A stretch of 64,000 nucleotides of DNA from an uncultured delta proteobacterium (GCA_963711835.1 CAVQFQ010000005.1:160001-224000), one strand, 5' to 3'; shown: positions 39,801 through 50,641, counted from the stretch's first letter. Notes: generated from the sequence alone by a model not told the origin. A program made the numbers and translations.

Positions 39801-42515
39801 ATGGCTGCTCCAAGAAAATCTCTTTTCGCCGTCCTGATCAGCGTCTTCATCCTCTTTATTCTCGGTTCCAGTCTTCTGGGGTTTTACACCGAGTGGCTCT
39901 GGTTCAAATCCCTGGGCTATACCTCGATCTTTCTCCGGATTATCAACTATAAATTTCTCCTGGGGCTAAGCATCGGGGCCATCTCCGCCCTTCTGTTCTA
40001 CCTCAACGGCCGTCTGGTATTCCGTTTGGCCCATAACCCTTCTCCGGTAAACCCGTCCGCTTTACCTTTCAATATCCCCGTCTGGCTGGAAGAGCGGCTG
40101 ATACGCTTCCTGAAACCGGCCGCCATTCTTATCGGGATCTTCCTGGGAATGGGAGCCGCCGGGCAATGGGAAAATGGTCAGCTTTTGCTGAATGCCCGTC
40201 CCCTGGGCAGTTTTGATCCGGTTTTTCAGAGGGATCTGTCTTTTTATTTATTTCAATATCCATTCCTGGAATATCTGAGCGGCTGGTTCGGGGGCCTCTG
40301 GTTCATTACCCTGATTTCAGCCCTGGCCATCATCGTCTTCCGCTTCCAGTTTCAGGTCGGCAACCGCGGAATTTCCCTTGCGCCCTGGGTTAAAAAATAC
40401 CTTTTCTTTTATTTCGGGATTCTCTTTCTCTACCTTTCCGTCTATTTCTATTTGTCCCGTTTCGGCCTGCTCTTTACCTCTCGCGGGCTGGTCTTCGGCC
40501 CCGGTTATGTGGATCAGAACTATCTCCTGCCGGCCCTTTTGGCAATGATGGTTATCTCCCTCCTGACCGGGGTCCTTTTCCTGGTCTATGCCTTTAAGCC
40601 GGAGGGGCGCTGGATTTACGGGGTCCTGGCTGTTTTTATCGCTTCCTATGTAATCGGCATTTATCTCCTGCCCGGTTTTGTCCAGCGCTTTGTGGTTACC
40701 CCGAATGAAATTCAAATGGAAACCCCTTACTTAACCCGCTACATTCAGGGAACGCTCAAAGGCTATGGGCTCAACCGGGTGGAAGAGCGGCAGCTTTCGG
40801 CCCAAACCTCCTTAACCCCGGAACTGATAAATGCCAACAGCCTGACGATTAAGAATATCCGCCTCTGGGACCACCACCCCTTGCTGGAAACTTTCAGCCA
40901 GATCCAGGAAATTCGAACCTATTATAAATTCCAGGCCGTAGATAACGACCGCTATTTCATCAACAATGAATACCGCCAGGTTCTCCTTTCCCCTCGGGAG
41001 CTCTCCTATGCCGATTTGCCCAGCAAGGGCTGGATCAATGAACATCTGATTTATACCCATGGCTATGGCCTGACCCTGGGCGTGGTCAATCAGGTGACTC
41101 CTGAAGGACTGCCGGCCCTCCTGATCCAGGATATTCCCCCGGTCTCCAAAACGAATCTCCAGGTAACCCAGCCTGAGATCTATTTCGGCGAGATTGAAAA
41201 CGATTATATCATCGTCAACAGCCGTCAAAAGGAATTCAATTACCCCTCCGGTGATAAAAATGTTTTTTCCAGTTATCAAGGCCAGGGCGGCATACCCCTC
41301 CGAGGCCTCCTTAACCGAGCCCTCTGGTCCATGCGTTTCGGGACCCTGAAATTTCTGCTTTCCTCGGACATTACGCCTCAAAGCCGGATCCTTTTCAACC
41401 GTTCCGTTGTCACCCGGCTCCAGAAACTGGTCCCTTTCCTTCAGGTGGACCGGGACCCTTATATGGTTATCTCCAACGGCAAGCTCTACTGGATCCTGGA
41501 GGCCTACACCCAGTCTTCAACCTACCCCTATTCGCGTCCCATAAAAAAATTAGGCAATTATGTCCGCAATTCCGTGACGGCGGTGATCGATGCCTATGAA
41601 GGTTCGGTTCAAGTGTATATCAAGGATGACCAGGACCCCCTGGTCCAAATCTACGCCCGGATTTTCCCAAATCTCTTTAAACCCTTAACCGCCCTGAGTC
41701 CGGATTTAAAAAGCCACCTGCGTTACCCCCACTATTTGTTTCAAATTCAGGCCAATATCTACGCCACCTACCACATGAATAACCCTCAAACCTTCTACAA
41801 TCGAGAGGATATCTGGGAGATTCCGGCCAACCTACAATCCGCCAAAACGGATATGGAACCGTATTACACCATCATGCGTCTTCCGGGTGAAAAGAAGGAA
41901 GAATTCATCCTGATGATCCCCTTCACTCCCCAGAAAAAGGATAACCTGGCGGCCTGGATGTCGGTTAAGTGCGACTTTCCCGATTTCGGCAAATTCGTGG
42001 TTTACCGCTTTCCCAAACAGCGCTTAGTTTACGGACCGAAACAGATTGGATCGCGCATCAATCAGGAACCGGAAATTTCACGTCAGCTTTCGCTTTGGGA
42101 TCAGCGGGGTTCCCGGGTCAACTTAGGCACGCTTCTGGTCATCCCCATTGAGGAATCTCTTATCTATGTGCAGCCCGTTTATCTCAAAGCCGAGAGCGGG
42201 CAGATCCCGGAACTGAAGCGGGTTATCGTAGCCTATGAAAATCAGATTGCCATGGAAGAGACGCTGGAGAAATCCCTGGCCAGGGTCTTCGGCCAGGAAA
42301 TAAAAAAAGCCCGGGAGGAAAAACCTCCGGGGATTGCGCCATTGCCTGATAAAGCCGGCAAACCCCAGGCCCTCCACCAGCCTCTGGGCGATCAGGCCTG
42401 GGATCAGTATCAAAAGGCCCGGAAGGCCCTAAAAGAAGAAAATTGGACAGCCTATGGACAGGCTCTCAGGGACATGGAGCAGACGTTAAAACAGATCAAG
42501 GAAGGGAAGAAATAA
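39801..42515 (+). CDS. UPF0182 family membrane protein
   Basis: WLWFKSLGY, DPVF.RDLSFY.F, NIRLWD, YTHGYG, DPY, NYVRNSV, HLRYP. Confidence 0.95.
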   Translation: MAAPRKSLFAVLISVFILFILGSSLLGFYTEWLWFKSLGYTSIFLRIINYKFLLGLSIGAISALLFYLNGRLVFRLAHNPSPVNPSALPFNIPVWLEERLIRFLKPAAILIGIFLGMGAAGQWENGQLLLNARPLGSFDPVFQRDLSFYLFQYPFLEYLSGWFGGLWFITLISALAIIVFRFQFQVGNRGISLAPWVKKYLFFYFGILFLYLSVYFYLSRFGLLFTSRGLVFGPGYVDQNYLLPALLAMMVISLLTGVLFLVYAFKPEGRWIYGVLAVFIASYVIGIYLLPGFVQRFVVTPNEIQMETPYLTRYIQGTLKGYGLNRVEERQLSAQTSLTPELINANSLTIKNIRLWDHHPLLETFSQIQEIRTYYKFQAVDNDRYFINNEYRQVLLSPRELSYADLPSKGWINEHLIYTHGYGLTLGVVNQVTPEGLPALLIQDIPPVSKTNLQVTQPEIYFGEIENDYIIVNSRQKEFNYPSGDKNVFSSYQGQGGIPLRGLLNRALWSMRFGTLKFLLSSDITPQSRILFNRSVVTRLQKLVPFLQVDRDPYMVISNGKLYWILEAYTQSSTYPYSRPIKKLGNYVRNSVTAVIDAYEGSVQVYIKDDQDPLVQIYARIFPNLFKPLTALSPDLKSHLRYPHYLFQIQANIYATYHMNNPQTFYNREDIWEIPANLQSAKTDMEPYYTIMRLPGEKKEEFILMIPFTPQKKDNLAAWMSVKCDFPDFGKFVVYRFPKQRLVYGPKQIGSRINQEPEISRQLSLWDQRGSRVNLGTLLVIPIEESLIYVQPVYLKAESGQIPELKRVIVAYENQIAMEETLEKSLARVFGQEIKKAREEKPPGIAPLPDKAGKPQALHQPLGDQAWDQYQKARKALKEENWTAYGQALRDMEQTLKQIKEGKK

Positions 42516-42516
42516 A

Positions 42517-42610
42517 AATCATCTCCAAAGCAATTGGAGATGATTCAGGGGTCAAGGGGTCGAGGATTCGAGGGTTCAAGGGAAATGCTTAAGAACTAAA
42601 AAGAGTTGAC
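42517..42610 (+). repeat. hairpin + octamer repeats + dead four-helix-bundle gene start (H1)
   Basis: aatcatctccaa..ttggagatgatt; gggtcaag/gggtcgag/gattcgag/ggttcaag; ATG CTT AAG AAC TAA AAA GAG TTG; second copy at 52926. Confidence 0.7.
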
Positions 42611-42623
42611 CGATAAAACCCGT

Positions 42624-42686
42624 TTAGAATTTTAGTATTTGGATTTTGAATTTGTTTCGGATTTCGATATTCGGATTTCGGGTTTC
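42624..42686. repeat. degenerate heptamer tract (ATTTCGG/ATTTCGA)
   Basis: atttggattttgaatttgtttcggatttcgatattcggatttcgggttt. Confidence 0.65.
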
Positions 42687-42708
42687 TAAAAAGCATCCAG
42701 CATCAGCA

Positions 42709-43581
42709 TTAGGTGATCAGCAGCTCTTCCGGTTGCTCCTGCATTTTCTCCACCAGCACCCGGCGGATACGGCGGTTATCCGCATCCTGAATGGTCATCT
42801 CGAGATCCTGGAAATAGATCTTCTCCCCTGTTTTGGGGACCCTCCCCAGGAGATGAATAATGAGGCCCCCGACTGATTCGAAATCCTTTTCTTCAATCTC
42901 CAGGTTGAAATAGGTTTCCAATTCTTCGATTTCCAGGCGGGCATCCACTTCCACCCGCCCCTCCCCCAGGGCCTTCAAACGCGGTTCACGGCGATCGTAT
43001 TCGTCTTCAATCTCACCGATAATCTCTTCAATGATGTCCTCCATCGTCACCAGGCCGGCGGTACCGCCGTATTCATCGAGGACCACGGCCATATGGACTT
43101 TTTCGGCTTTTAATTCTTTGAAGAGCTGAACGATCTTCTTGGTTTCGGGTACGAAGGTAGGAGGACGAATGATCTCAGCCGGGATGGGCTGTTCGGGTGG
43201 CAAATTCCAATAGGGCAATAAATCCTTGACATGGAGAAGCCCGACGATGTTGTCCTGATTCTCCCGGTAAATTGGGAGACGGGAGTGTCCGTGTTCCATC
43301 GTCAAATGGATAACGGCCTGAATGGTCACCTCGTCGCTGACCGAGAGCATCTCGGTTCGGGGGACCATGACTTCCCTGACCACCGTATCCTTGAATTCAA
43401 AAATACTGTGGATCATTTCCCCTTGTTCGGGGGTCAGCAGCCCCTGTTCTTCTCCCTGGTCGATAAGTTCCTGGATGTCTTTCTCCAACAGGGACTCCGG
43501 GGTCGGTTCGGACTTCTTCCGGAACAGGGAACGAACCTGGTCAATAAGGCCGGGAGGATGATCTTCTGAGTTTGTACTCAT
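42709..43581 (-). CDS. HlyC/CorC family CBS-domain transporter-associated protein
   Basis: [45 protein letters not shown]. Confidence 0.93.
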   Translation of the reverse strand: MSTNSEDHPPGLIDQVRSLFRKKSEPTPESLLEKDIQELIDQGEEQGLLTPEQGEMIHSIFEFKDTVVREVMVPRTEMLSVSDEVTIQAVIHLTMEHGHSRLPIYRENQDNIVGLLHVKDLLPYWNLPPEQPIPAEIIRPPTFVPETKKIVQLFKELKAEKVHMAVVLDEYGGTAGLVTMEDIIEEIIGEIEDEYDRREPRLKALGEGRVEVDARLEIEELETYFNLEIEEKDFESVGGLIIHLLGRVPKTGEKIYFQDLEMTIQDADNRRIRRVLVEKMQEQPEELLIT

Positions 43582-43628
43582 AACGTGACGTTTTCATAGC
43601 AGTTTTTTTTGGCTTTGTCAATTTATTT

Positions 43629-43921
43629 GAATTTGTCCCAATGTTACGTGATTTTTAAGCTATTCATTCTTAAAGGGCTTCAGGGGTCTTGATTTCAAGG
43701 TTGTCCGAAAGGGAATCCATAGCCCCAACCCGGCCCCACTTTCTAAGTTGGTTGGGAGCCGGGCATCACCCAAGACAATAAATCGCTTTGGTGTTGGCCT
43801 GTTTCTAAACCCCATTATAAACTTCCTGCCCGGGATCAGGCTGCCGGCATTTTGGCGGACAATCCTTGAAATCAAGACCCCTGAAACCCTTTTGAGAATC
43901 ACCTAACTTTGGGACAATCCC
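43629..43921. mobile_element. MITE family A, copy 2 (opposite orientation to copy 1)
   Basis: TIR gaatttgtcccaatgttacgtgatt / aatcacctaactttgggacaatccc; TSD atttattt/attttttt; inner IR as in A1. Confidence 0.9.
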
Positions 43922-44022
43922 ATTTTTTTGATAAGGGAAGATCGGCTGGAATTGATGTTTTTCCGAAAGCTTGCTATGATGAGAACACATCCGGAAACAA
44001 TCTTTTGCGGAGGTGCTCGGGA

Positions 44023-44412
44023 ATGCTGATCAAAGATAATGCCCAGGCGAACTATTTCATGGCCCTGGATAAAACCCTCCTGTGTGAATTGCTCCATCCG
44101 GAACGGGAACCGGGAAACCTCAAAATGGGCTACAGTCTGGCCCAGGCCGTTCTAAAACCCGGCCGGTCTTCCCTGCCCCACAAACTTAAAACCGCTTCGG
44201 AGGTCTATTATATTCTGGAAGGAGAAGGGCTTCTGGTCATTGGGGAGGAATCCGAAAGGGTCCGGCCCGGACAGGCTATTTATATTCCCCCTGATTCCGT
44301 TCAGTTTCTCCGGAATACCGGGGAGCAGGATCTGAAATTCCTTTGCCTGGTTTTCCCCCCCTGGCGCATTGAAGAAGAAGAATTATGTCAGGGCTGCTCT
44401 GAAGAGCCTTGA
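44023..44412 (+). CDS. cupin domain protein
   Basis: MLIKD...ELLHP...YSLA.A...PG..SLPHKL...EVYYILEGEG; GGAGGTG RBS. Confidence 0.9.
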   Translation: MLIKDNAQANYFMALDKTLLCELLHPEREPGNLKMGYSLAQAVLKPGRSSLPHKLKTASEVYYILEGEGLLVIGEESERVRPGQAIYIPPDSVQFLRNTGEQDLKFLCLVFPPWRIEEEELCQGCSEEP

Positions 44413-44421
44413 AGTCCTTAA

Positions 44422-44570
44422 CAGGTTGCTGAAAAAGGCCCATTAGGGTGTTGCCTTCATACCTCGTCATTGCGACGTACCTCTATGTACGCCTCATTCC
44501 TCGAGATTTCGGGCGCCTTGTATCTGGACCTTTTTGAGCAACCTGTAAAAATGAATTTTTCCGCATCCTG
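44422..44570. mobile_element. MITE family E (IS5-like ends)
   Basis: caggttgctgaaaaa / tttttccgcatcctg flanked by TTAA on both sides; internal second arm tttttgagcaacctg; central gtac..gtac hairpin. Confidence 0.78.
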
Positions 44571-44591
44571 TTAAGAAACCAACCAAACATC

Positions 44592-45149
44592 ATGGCCAAA
44601 GTCGTTTCTCTGGAATCCGTAAAAAAACAAAAGGCGGCCCGACGGGGTTTTCGGGAATGGAGACGCCGCTTTCAACAGCTCCCGACGCTGGATGAGCAGA
44701 CCCGCTGGGCCGATCTTCCCGATGCCTTGATCCTTTTTCTGGCCGAGGACAGTCCCGAAAGCCGGCCCATCGTCCACGACCTGCTGACGGGGGTCATGGG
44801 CCTTGGCAGCGGCTACGAATTCGAGTCCCTGCCCTCGGAAAAATTGCTGCCTCTGATGGATGCCTATTTCGTGGTTATCGACCAAGTCCGCTTTGAATGT
44901 ATGCGGCGTTTAGGATGGATTCAGGAAATTCTTCTGCCAGACCAATCGATTACCGAAACCATACGGAATTATGAGCAGGTTTTGCCGGCGGCCTTGCTCC
45001 AAAGTCCCACCCTGACTCCTCTCCATCCTGCCTATTCCGAATATCCGGATAAAACGGAGCTCGAACAGCGGGTTTTACTTAGAAAATACATTCCCGAAGC
45101 CGTAAAAAAATTCGGCGAGAAGATCAAGGAGGCAGGAAATAAACCCTAA
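44592..45149 (+). CDS. hypothetical protein
   Basis: 185-aa ORF, MAKVVSL start, DQVRFECMRRLGW motif. Confidence 0.75.
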   Translation: MAKVVSLESVKKQKAARRGFREWRRRFQQLPTLDEQTRWADLPDALILFLAEDSPESRPIVHDLLTGVMGLGSGYEFESLPSEKLLPLMDAYFVVIDQVRFECMRRLGWIQEILLPDQSITETIRNYEQVLPAALLQSPTLTPLHPAYSEYPDKTELEQRVLLRKYIPEAVKKFGEKIKEAGNKP

Positions 45150-45287
45150 ATAAATGAAACCGGATTTTTCCTTTACTTTTTTTGAGCATCGGAATATATA
45201 AAAAGATTATCGTTAATTTTCTGGCAAATGGTGTTGATCAGGGTTCTTATCCCTTTTCCCCTATTTGTCAGGGAGAAAGGGATTAGA

Positions 45288-47135
45288 ATGAAACTTGAAA
45301 CCCCCAACCGCCTTCTTTTTATTGAACCCCGTTCCCCGGTAGAACATGTGTTCAGCCGGGCCCGCATCCCCCGCTTAGGCACCATCCTTCTGGGAACCCT
45401 GCTCCGCAACCAAGGGCATGAGGTCCGGGTCATCATTGAAGACATTTCGGGAACCCCCGGGGCGGCCGACTTGGACTGGGCCGATACGGTTTGCATATCG
45501 TCCATCACCAGCACCATTCCCAGGGCCTATCAGTTCGGAGATTCGGCCCGTGAAAAAGGAAAACGGGTCGTTTACGGCGGCCCCCATGTGACTTTCCTGC
45601 CGGAGGAAGCCCTGGCCCACGGTGACTTTGTGGTTCGGGGAGAAGGGGAAGAAACCCTTAGCGAACTTTTGAAAACCTGGCAGCAAGAAGAGGACTTGGA
45701 AAAAATTGCCGGCCTGTCATTTAATCGGGAAGGACAGGCCGTACACAACCAACCCCGGCCTCTGATTCAAGATCTGGATTCTCTACCCCATCCTGATTTT
45801 ACCCTGGTTCGGGGCTGGGATCCCCGCCGGGCCGTCATGCCGCTGGCTACGTCCAGGGGATGTCCTTACTCCTGTAAATTTTGCTCCGTCGTTCCCATGT
45901 TCGGCCGCGGTTATCGCACCCGGTCCATTGATCTGGTTTTGGAGGAAGTGGCGGCCCATGCGGGCGTAGTGGATCACATCTTTATTTGTGATGATAATTT
46001 TGCCGCCAACTTAAAAAGGGCCAAGGATCTTCTGCGGCGCATGAAAAATGAGGACCTCCATCCTCAATGGAGCACCCAGGTCCGGGCTGAGTCGGCCTTC
46101 GATCCTGAATTCCTGGAACTTTTAAAAGAAACCAATTGCTGGGGAGTTTATATCGGCTTCGAGAGTTCGAATCCGGAAGTCCTGAAAGCCTATCGAAAAA
46201 ACCAGGATGAAGCCTCCATGAAACGGGCCATTGAGGCCTTTCACGGCTCCGGTATTCACATCCACGGCATGTTTATAATCGGGGCCGACCAGGATACTCC
46301 GGAAACGATCCGGGAAACCGTTCGCTTTTCCCTGGCCAACCGGGTGGACTCGGCCCAATTTATGATGCTCACGCCTCTACCGGGTACGGAAACTTTCCAG
46401 GAAATGGAGAAAGAAAACCGCCTGCTCACCAAGAACTGGGAGCTTTATGACGGATCCCACGTGGTCTTTCGACCGCATTCCATGACCGAAGAGGAATTGC
46501 AGGGGGCCTGTTATCAGGCTTACCTGACTTTCTATTCCTGGGGATCGATTTTAAAACGCCTGGTGCATTTGGATCTCTATTACAGTTACCTTCGCTTCTA
46601 CGGAAGGCGATTGCTTAAAAGGGCCGGTGATCGGATGAATCGCCATCGCCGTTGGCTGGCGGAGAATTTTCGCAATCAGGTCGAGAGACAACTGGGTTCG
46701 TTCTGGGAATTCCGGGGGATCCGCAAGGTGGCTCTCTTCCAGGGCAATGCCACGGAAGTCTATCAGGAGTTCCTGGCCTGCTTTTTAACCCGGCTGGGCG
46801 TGGAAGTGGTTGCTGAAAAAGATCCCTCGGAATTTTTTAAACACCTGCGACAAAAAGCGGAGGTCGCTGTCGTCCCCTGGCTCCGATATGTCCAGGAAAC
46901 GGAAAAACGTCTTTACCCGGCCTTGGAGAACCTGCTGGCCGGTCTGAAGGAAAAACTCCCGGAGGGACTTCCCCCGATCGAATGGGTGATCGACCTCAAA
47001 AAGGAATCGCTCTATCGCTCCTGTGTCCGCTATGGACTTCTTTTCTCAAACAACCTTAAAAAAATTCGCCGGGCCTATCAGGAGGCTTCCCGACTGATTA
47101 CTCCGCCGCCCTGCCCGGAGCCGGTCCGCCGATAG
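45288..47135 (+). CDS. cobalamin-binding radical SAM protein with a C-terminal extension
   Basis: GGPHVT, GEGE, TSRGCPYSCKFC (CxxxCxxC), DDNF, GFES, TPLPGT. Confidence 0.93.
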   Translation: MKLETPNRLLFIEPRSPVEHVFSRARIPRLGTILLGTLLRNQGHEVRVIIEDISGTPGAADLDWADTVCISSITSTIPRAYQFGDSAREKGKRVVYGGPHVTFLPEEALAHGDFVVRGEGEETLSELLKTWQQEEDLEKIAGLSFNREGQAVHNQPRPLIQDLDSLPHPDFTLVRGWDPRRAVMPLATSRGCPYSCKFCSVVPMFGRGYRTRSIDLVLEEVAAHAGVVDHIFICDDNFAANLKRAKDLLRRMKNEDLHPQWSTQVRAESAFDPEFLELLKETNCWGVYIGFESSNPEVLKAYRKNQDEASMKRAIEAFHGSGIHIHGMFIIGADQDTPETIRETVRFSLANRVDSAQFMMLTPLPGTETFQEMEKENRLLTKNWELYDGSHVVFRPHSMTEEELQGACYQAYLTFYSWGSILKRLVHLDLYYSYLRFYGRRLLKRAGDRMNRHRRWLAENFRNQVERQLGSFWEFRGIRKVALFQGNATEVYQEFLACFLTRLGVEVVAEKDPSEFFKHLRQKAEVAVVPWLRYVQETEKRLYPALENLLAGLKEKLPEGLPPIEWVIDLKKESLYRSCVRYGLLFSNNLKKIRRAYQEASRLITPPPCPEPVRR

Positions 47136-47141
47136 CTTCCC

Positions 47142-47724
47142 TTGCCCTTACCTTTTCTCTCGTTAAGCCATGGGGAAATCCCCTTTGGTTTTTTCAATAT
47201 CGAAAGCGATCTAGTGCTGCTCAGCCGCGTTTTCTTTTTTGCGGCTGATTTTTGCCGGGCCGTAACCGGCCTTTCCAGCCAATCGACTCAACCGGATGGG
47301 GCCGTCGCCCTAACCGGATATCACCTGAATCCGGGAGATATCGGGGATCTGCACGGGGCTATCCAGGGTGTCCGGTTTACGGGTTTCATCGGAGAAGTTT
47401 ATCGGCTCTTTCCCTTTCCGGAAGATCTCAGGACACTTCAAACAAAACCCGGAGGGATACCGGACCAGAGAGAGAGTCGAAAGGATTGTCCAAGGCTATT
47501 CTCCGAAGAGGTCGATCTTTTTTGGCCTGGACCACGGCGGTCAATCCATTCGGATTGGGGATGTTCGGTTCGACCGAGAGGGATTCGAACGGCTTTTAGG
47601 GTATGTTTGGCTGGGTGGATATCCCCGCTGGCGAAATGGGATTAGACCAGCCTATGTGCAGGCCATGAAGGAAGCAGTTGAGCTGTCCGACAATCCTCTG
47701 CTGAAGGGGATGGTCTTTAAATAA
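47142..47724 (+). CDS. hypothetical protein (frameshift near 47435)
   Basis: SHGEIPFGFFNIESD...IGDLHGAI.G | FKQNPEG...YVWLGGYPRW. Confidence 0.65.
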
Positions 47725-47886
47725 CGGAATAAACCCTCCCTGGTAGCGCTAGGGGCGAAATGAGGTATCCAGCACCCCGTTCGGTTTGACAGAACTAAAA
47801 ACAGGTTTTAAAATAAGGATGGATTTGTATAAAGGATATCGGAAAACCTGTCCGGGGTGAACCACCCCAACCCAGGGAGGATGACT

Positions 47887-48489
47887 ATGGATCAAGAAAA
47901 TAGACCCGTTATTCTCATTATTGATGATGAGGAAATTATCCGCCAGGCCTGTCATAAGGTCTTAAGCCAGGAAGGATTCCAAGTCGAACTGGCCTCGGAT
48001 GGGATCGCCGGCATAAAAAAAGCCAGAGAGATACAACCCGACCTGGCTATCATAGATTTAAAAATGCCCGGCCTGCCCGGTCCGGAAGTTCTGGATGAGC
48101 TGACCAGGATCGATCCGTTTATGGCCAAGGCAGTCATTACCGGCTATGCCACCATCGATACGGCTGTTGACTGCATTCAGAGAGGTGCTTCCTATTTTTT
48201 GATGAAACCTTTTCTCCCCGACGAGCTGAAAACCATTACCAAAAAGGCCCTGGAAAAGAGGGAGAAACTGATCAAACAGGAATTCCAGCGGGATGATAAT
48301 AAAACGGGGCAGGTCCCCATTTCCACCATCATTTTCCAGGAAATGGCCTTCCCTTTAAAAGAGATGGAACAATTCTTCTCCCTACTGGAAACACGAGGCA
48401 TTATCGGCGGGGAGATGGTGGGACCTTTTTTGAGAGCCAAGGATCAACTCGATACCCTTAACAAGGTTATCCGGAAGTGGTTGACCTAA
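47887..48489 (+). CDS. response regulator receiver protein
   Basis: ILIIDDE, DLKMPG, ITGY, KPF. Confidence 0.88.
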   Translation: MDQENRPVILIIDDEEIIRQACHKVLSQEGFQVELASDGIAGIKKAREIQPDLAIIDLKMPGLPGPEVLDELTRIDPFMAKAVITGYATIDTAVDCIQRGASYFLMKPFLPDELKTITKKALEKREKLIKQEFQRDDNKTGQVPISTIIFQEMAFPLKEMEQFFSLLETRGIIGGEMVGPFLRAKDQLDTLNKVIRKWLT

Positions 48490-48743
48490 CCTCGAAGTTG
48501 CATAAAAAATGATCAATAGAGGGTTTTTTCTAAATTAAAACGGTGTGTTCTAACGATTTCAGAGTTGGGACCAAAATTCACTCCAGGTGAGGTTTAACAT
48601 CCTAAATGGTTCGATCAATTTTTACCCTTCGGGAAAGTCTGGGAAGCAGTCCCGCCGCGGCGGATTGTCCAGGTCCCGCCCAGGCGGGATTCGCCCTGGA
48701 CGCCTCGGATCTGCAACTTCCGAAACTTTTGCAACATCGAGGA
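48489..48743. mobile_element. MITE family C, copy 2
   Basis: TIR acctcgaagttgca / tgcaacatcgagg; TA flanks; sits on the stop codon of the upstream gene. Confidence 0.88.
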
Positions 48744-48755
48744 TAACCTAAGCGG

Positions 48756-49502
48756 ATGAAAACCCTATTACTGATTTTTGGGTTAGGGATGTTGGTTATC
48801 TTTTCAGCCGCTGACTGCCATGGCGGAAAGGTAATGTCTTTCAAGGATTCAGGTTCGAACTTCAATACCAGACGCAAGGGGATGGTGGAAACCCAGATAA
48901 AGGCCCGCGGAGTTCTGGATTCACGGGTCCTGTCGGCCATGGGAAAAGTGGAAAGGCACCGCTTTGTCCCTCTGCAGCTCCAAGAACTGGCCTATTCCGA
49001 TCAACCCCTGCCGATTGGTGACGGGCAGACCATCTCCCAGCCCTATATGGTAGCCCTGATGACTGAATTATTGGAACTCAAAGGAGGAGAAAAAGTCCTG
49101 GAAATCGGCACCGGTTCGGGATATCAGGCCGCCGTCCTGGCCGAATTGGTCAAGGAGGTTTATACCATTGAGATTATTGAAGCCCTGGCCCGCCAAGCCG
49201 AAAACCGTCTACAGGAATTAAGGTATAAAAATATCCGGGTCCGATCCGGTGACGGCTATCTGGGATGGCCTGAAGCCGCTCCCTTCGATGCCATCATGGT
49301 CACCGCCGCTCCGGATCATATCCCCCAACCGCTCATCGATCAGTTAAATGAAGGAGGCCGTCTGGTGCTGCCTATCGGTAAATACCCCTACCAGGAATTA
49401 AAAAAAGGGATTAAAAAGGGCGGCCAGGTTGAAATCAAAGAGGTCCTGTCGGTGCTCTTTGTCCCCATGACCGGTGAAGGGGTCAGGCAAAGAAAAAAAT
49501 AA
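48756..49502 (+). CDS. pcm: protein-L-isoaspartate O-methyltransferase
   Basis: QTISQPY, VLEIGTGSGYQAA, GDGYLGWPEAAPFDAI. Confidence 0.95.
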   Translation: MKTLLLIFGLGMLVIFSAADCHGGKVMSFKDSGSNFNTRRKGMVETQIKARGVLDSRVLSAMGKVERHRFVPLQLQELAYSDQPLPIGDGQTISQPYMVALMTELLELKGGEKVLEIGTGSGYQAAVLAELVKEVYTIEIIEALARQAENRLQELRYKNIRVRSGDGYLGWPEAAPFDAIMVTAAPDHIPQPLIDQLNEGGRLVLPIGKYPYQELKKGIKKGGQVEIKEVLSVLFVPMTGEGVRQRKK

Positions 49503-49537
49503 CCGGTCCCTTTTTGAGCCCCTTCTTACGCTGACCC

Positions 49538-50634
49538 ATGACCTTCCGCACTCTTCTTTTTATAACCATCGTCCTCCTGATCTATTTTGCTCTCCATCTC
49601 GGTCTTTTCTTCCTGATTCGAAAATTTTTTGGCCTTACCAAGCCCCGAAGTCAAGTCATTCTGGGATTTATCCTCCTTCTGCTGGCGTTCAGTTTTATAT
49701 TTTCTTTTATTTGGACCATTTTTGACAGTCACGGGTTTATCCGGGTCTTCTATTATGGGTCCGCCGTCTGGCTGGGGGTGCTGGTTAATGCCCTGATCCT
49801 CTTCAGCTTGGGACTTGTTTTCTGGAAAGGCGCCCGGACCTTCGGATTAAACCTGGAAGGAAAGATTCTTGGATATTGCTTGATCCTCGTCACCACCCTT
49901 TATTCAGGCTACGGCTTCATCAATGCCGGCAATTTGAGAACCACCACGCTGTCCCTTTCCATTAAAAACCTGCCGGAGGCCTGGCGGGGCAAAAAGATCA
50001 TTCAGATTTCCGATCTGCATTTGGGGATTATCCATGGAGTCGGATTAACGGAAAAGATCGTTTCCCTGATCGAACCGCACCATCCGGATCTGGTCGTCAT
50101 TACCGGAGACCTTTTTGACGGAACCGGGGATGACCTGGAGACCCTCGTCGCCCCCTTTAATCGCCTCCGGTCGCCCATTCTTTTTATTACCGGAAATCAC
50201 GAGACCTACCTGGGGGTGGATAAGGCCCTTAAGGCCATCCGGAAGACCCGGATCAGACTCCTGCTTGATGAACAGATCGAGCTCGATGGCCTCCGGATCA
50301 TCGGCAGTCGCCTTTCCTGAAAGATGGCAGAAAAAAGATCTTGGCCCCCTGCTCAGGGACCTTGACCTTTCCAAACCTAACATCCTCCTGATCCATGCCC
50401 CCACGCAGGTTGAAACGGCCCGAAAGGCCGGGATCGCCCTGCAGCTTTCCGGACATACCCACAACGGCCAGATGCTTCCCCTGAAACTTTTCACCAGCCT
50501 GATTTTTAAAGGCTACGATTATGGTTTGCATCGGCCGGGGATTTTGTATCTATACCAGCAGTGGTGCGGGCACCTGGGGGCCTCCCCTGAGACTGGGAAG
50601 CCGATCGGAAATCGTTGTCTTGACCCTGCAATAA
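49538..50634 (+). CDS. membrane metallophosphoesterase (YkuE-like), two frameshifts
   Basis: SDLHLG, TGD, GNHE | LLIHAP, SGHTHNGQ | GTWGPPLRLG. Confidence 0.88.
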
Positions 50635-50641
50635 AGCAACC

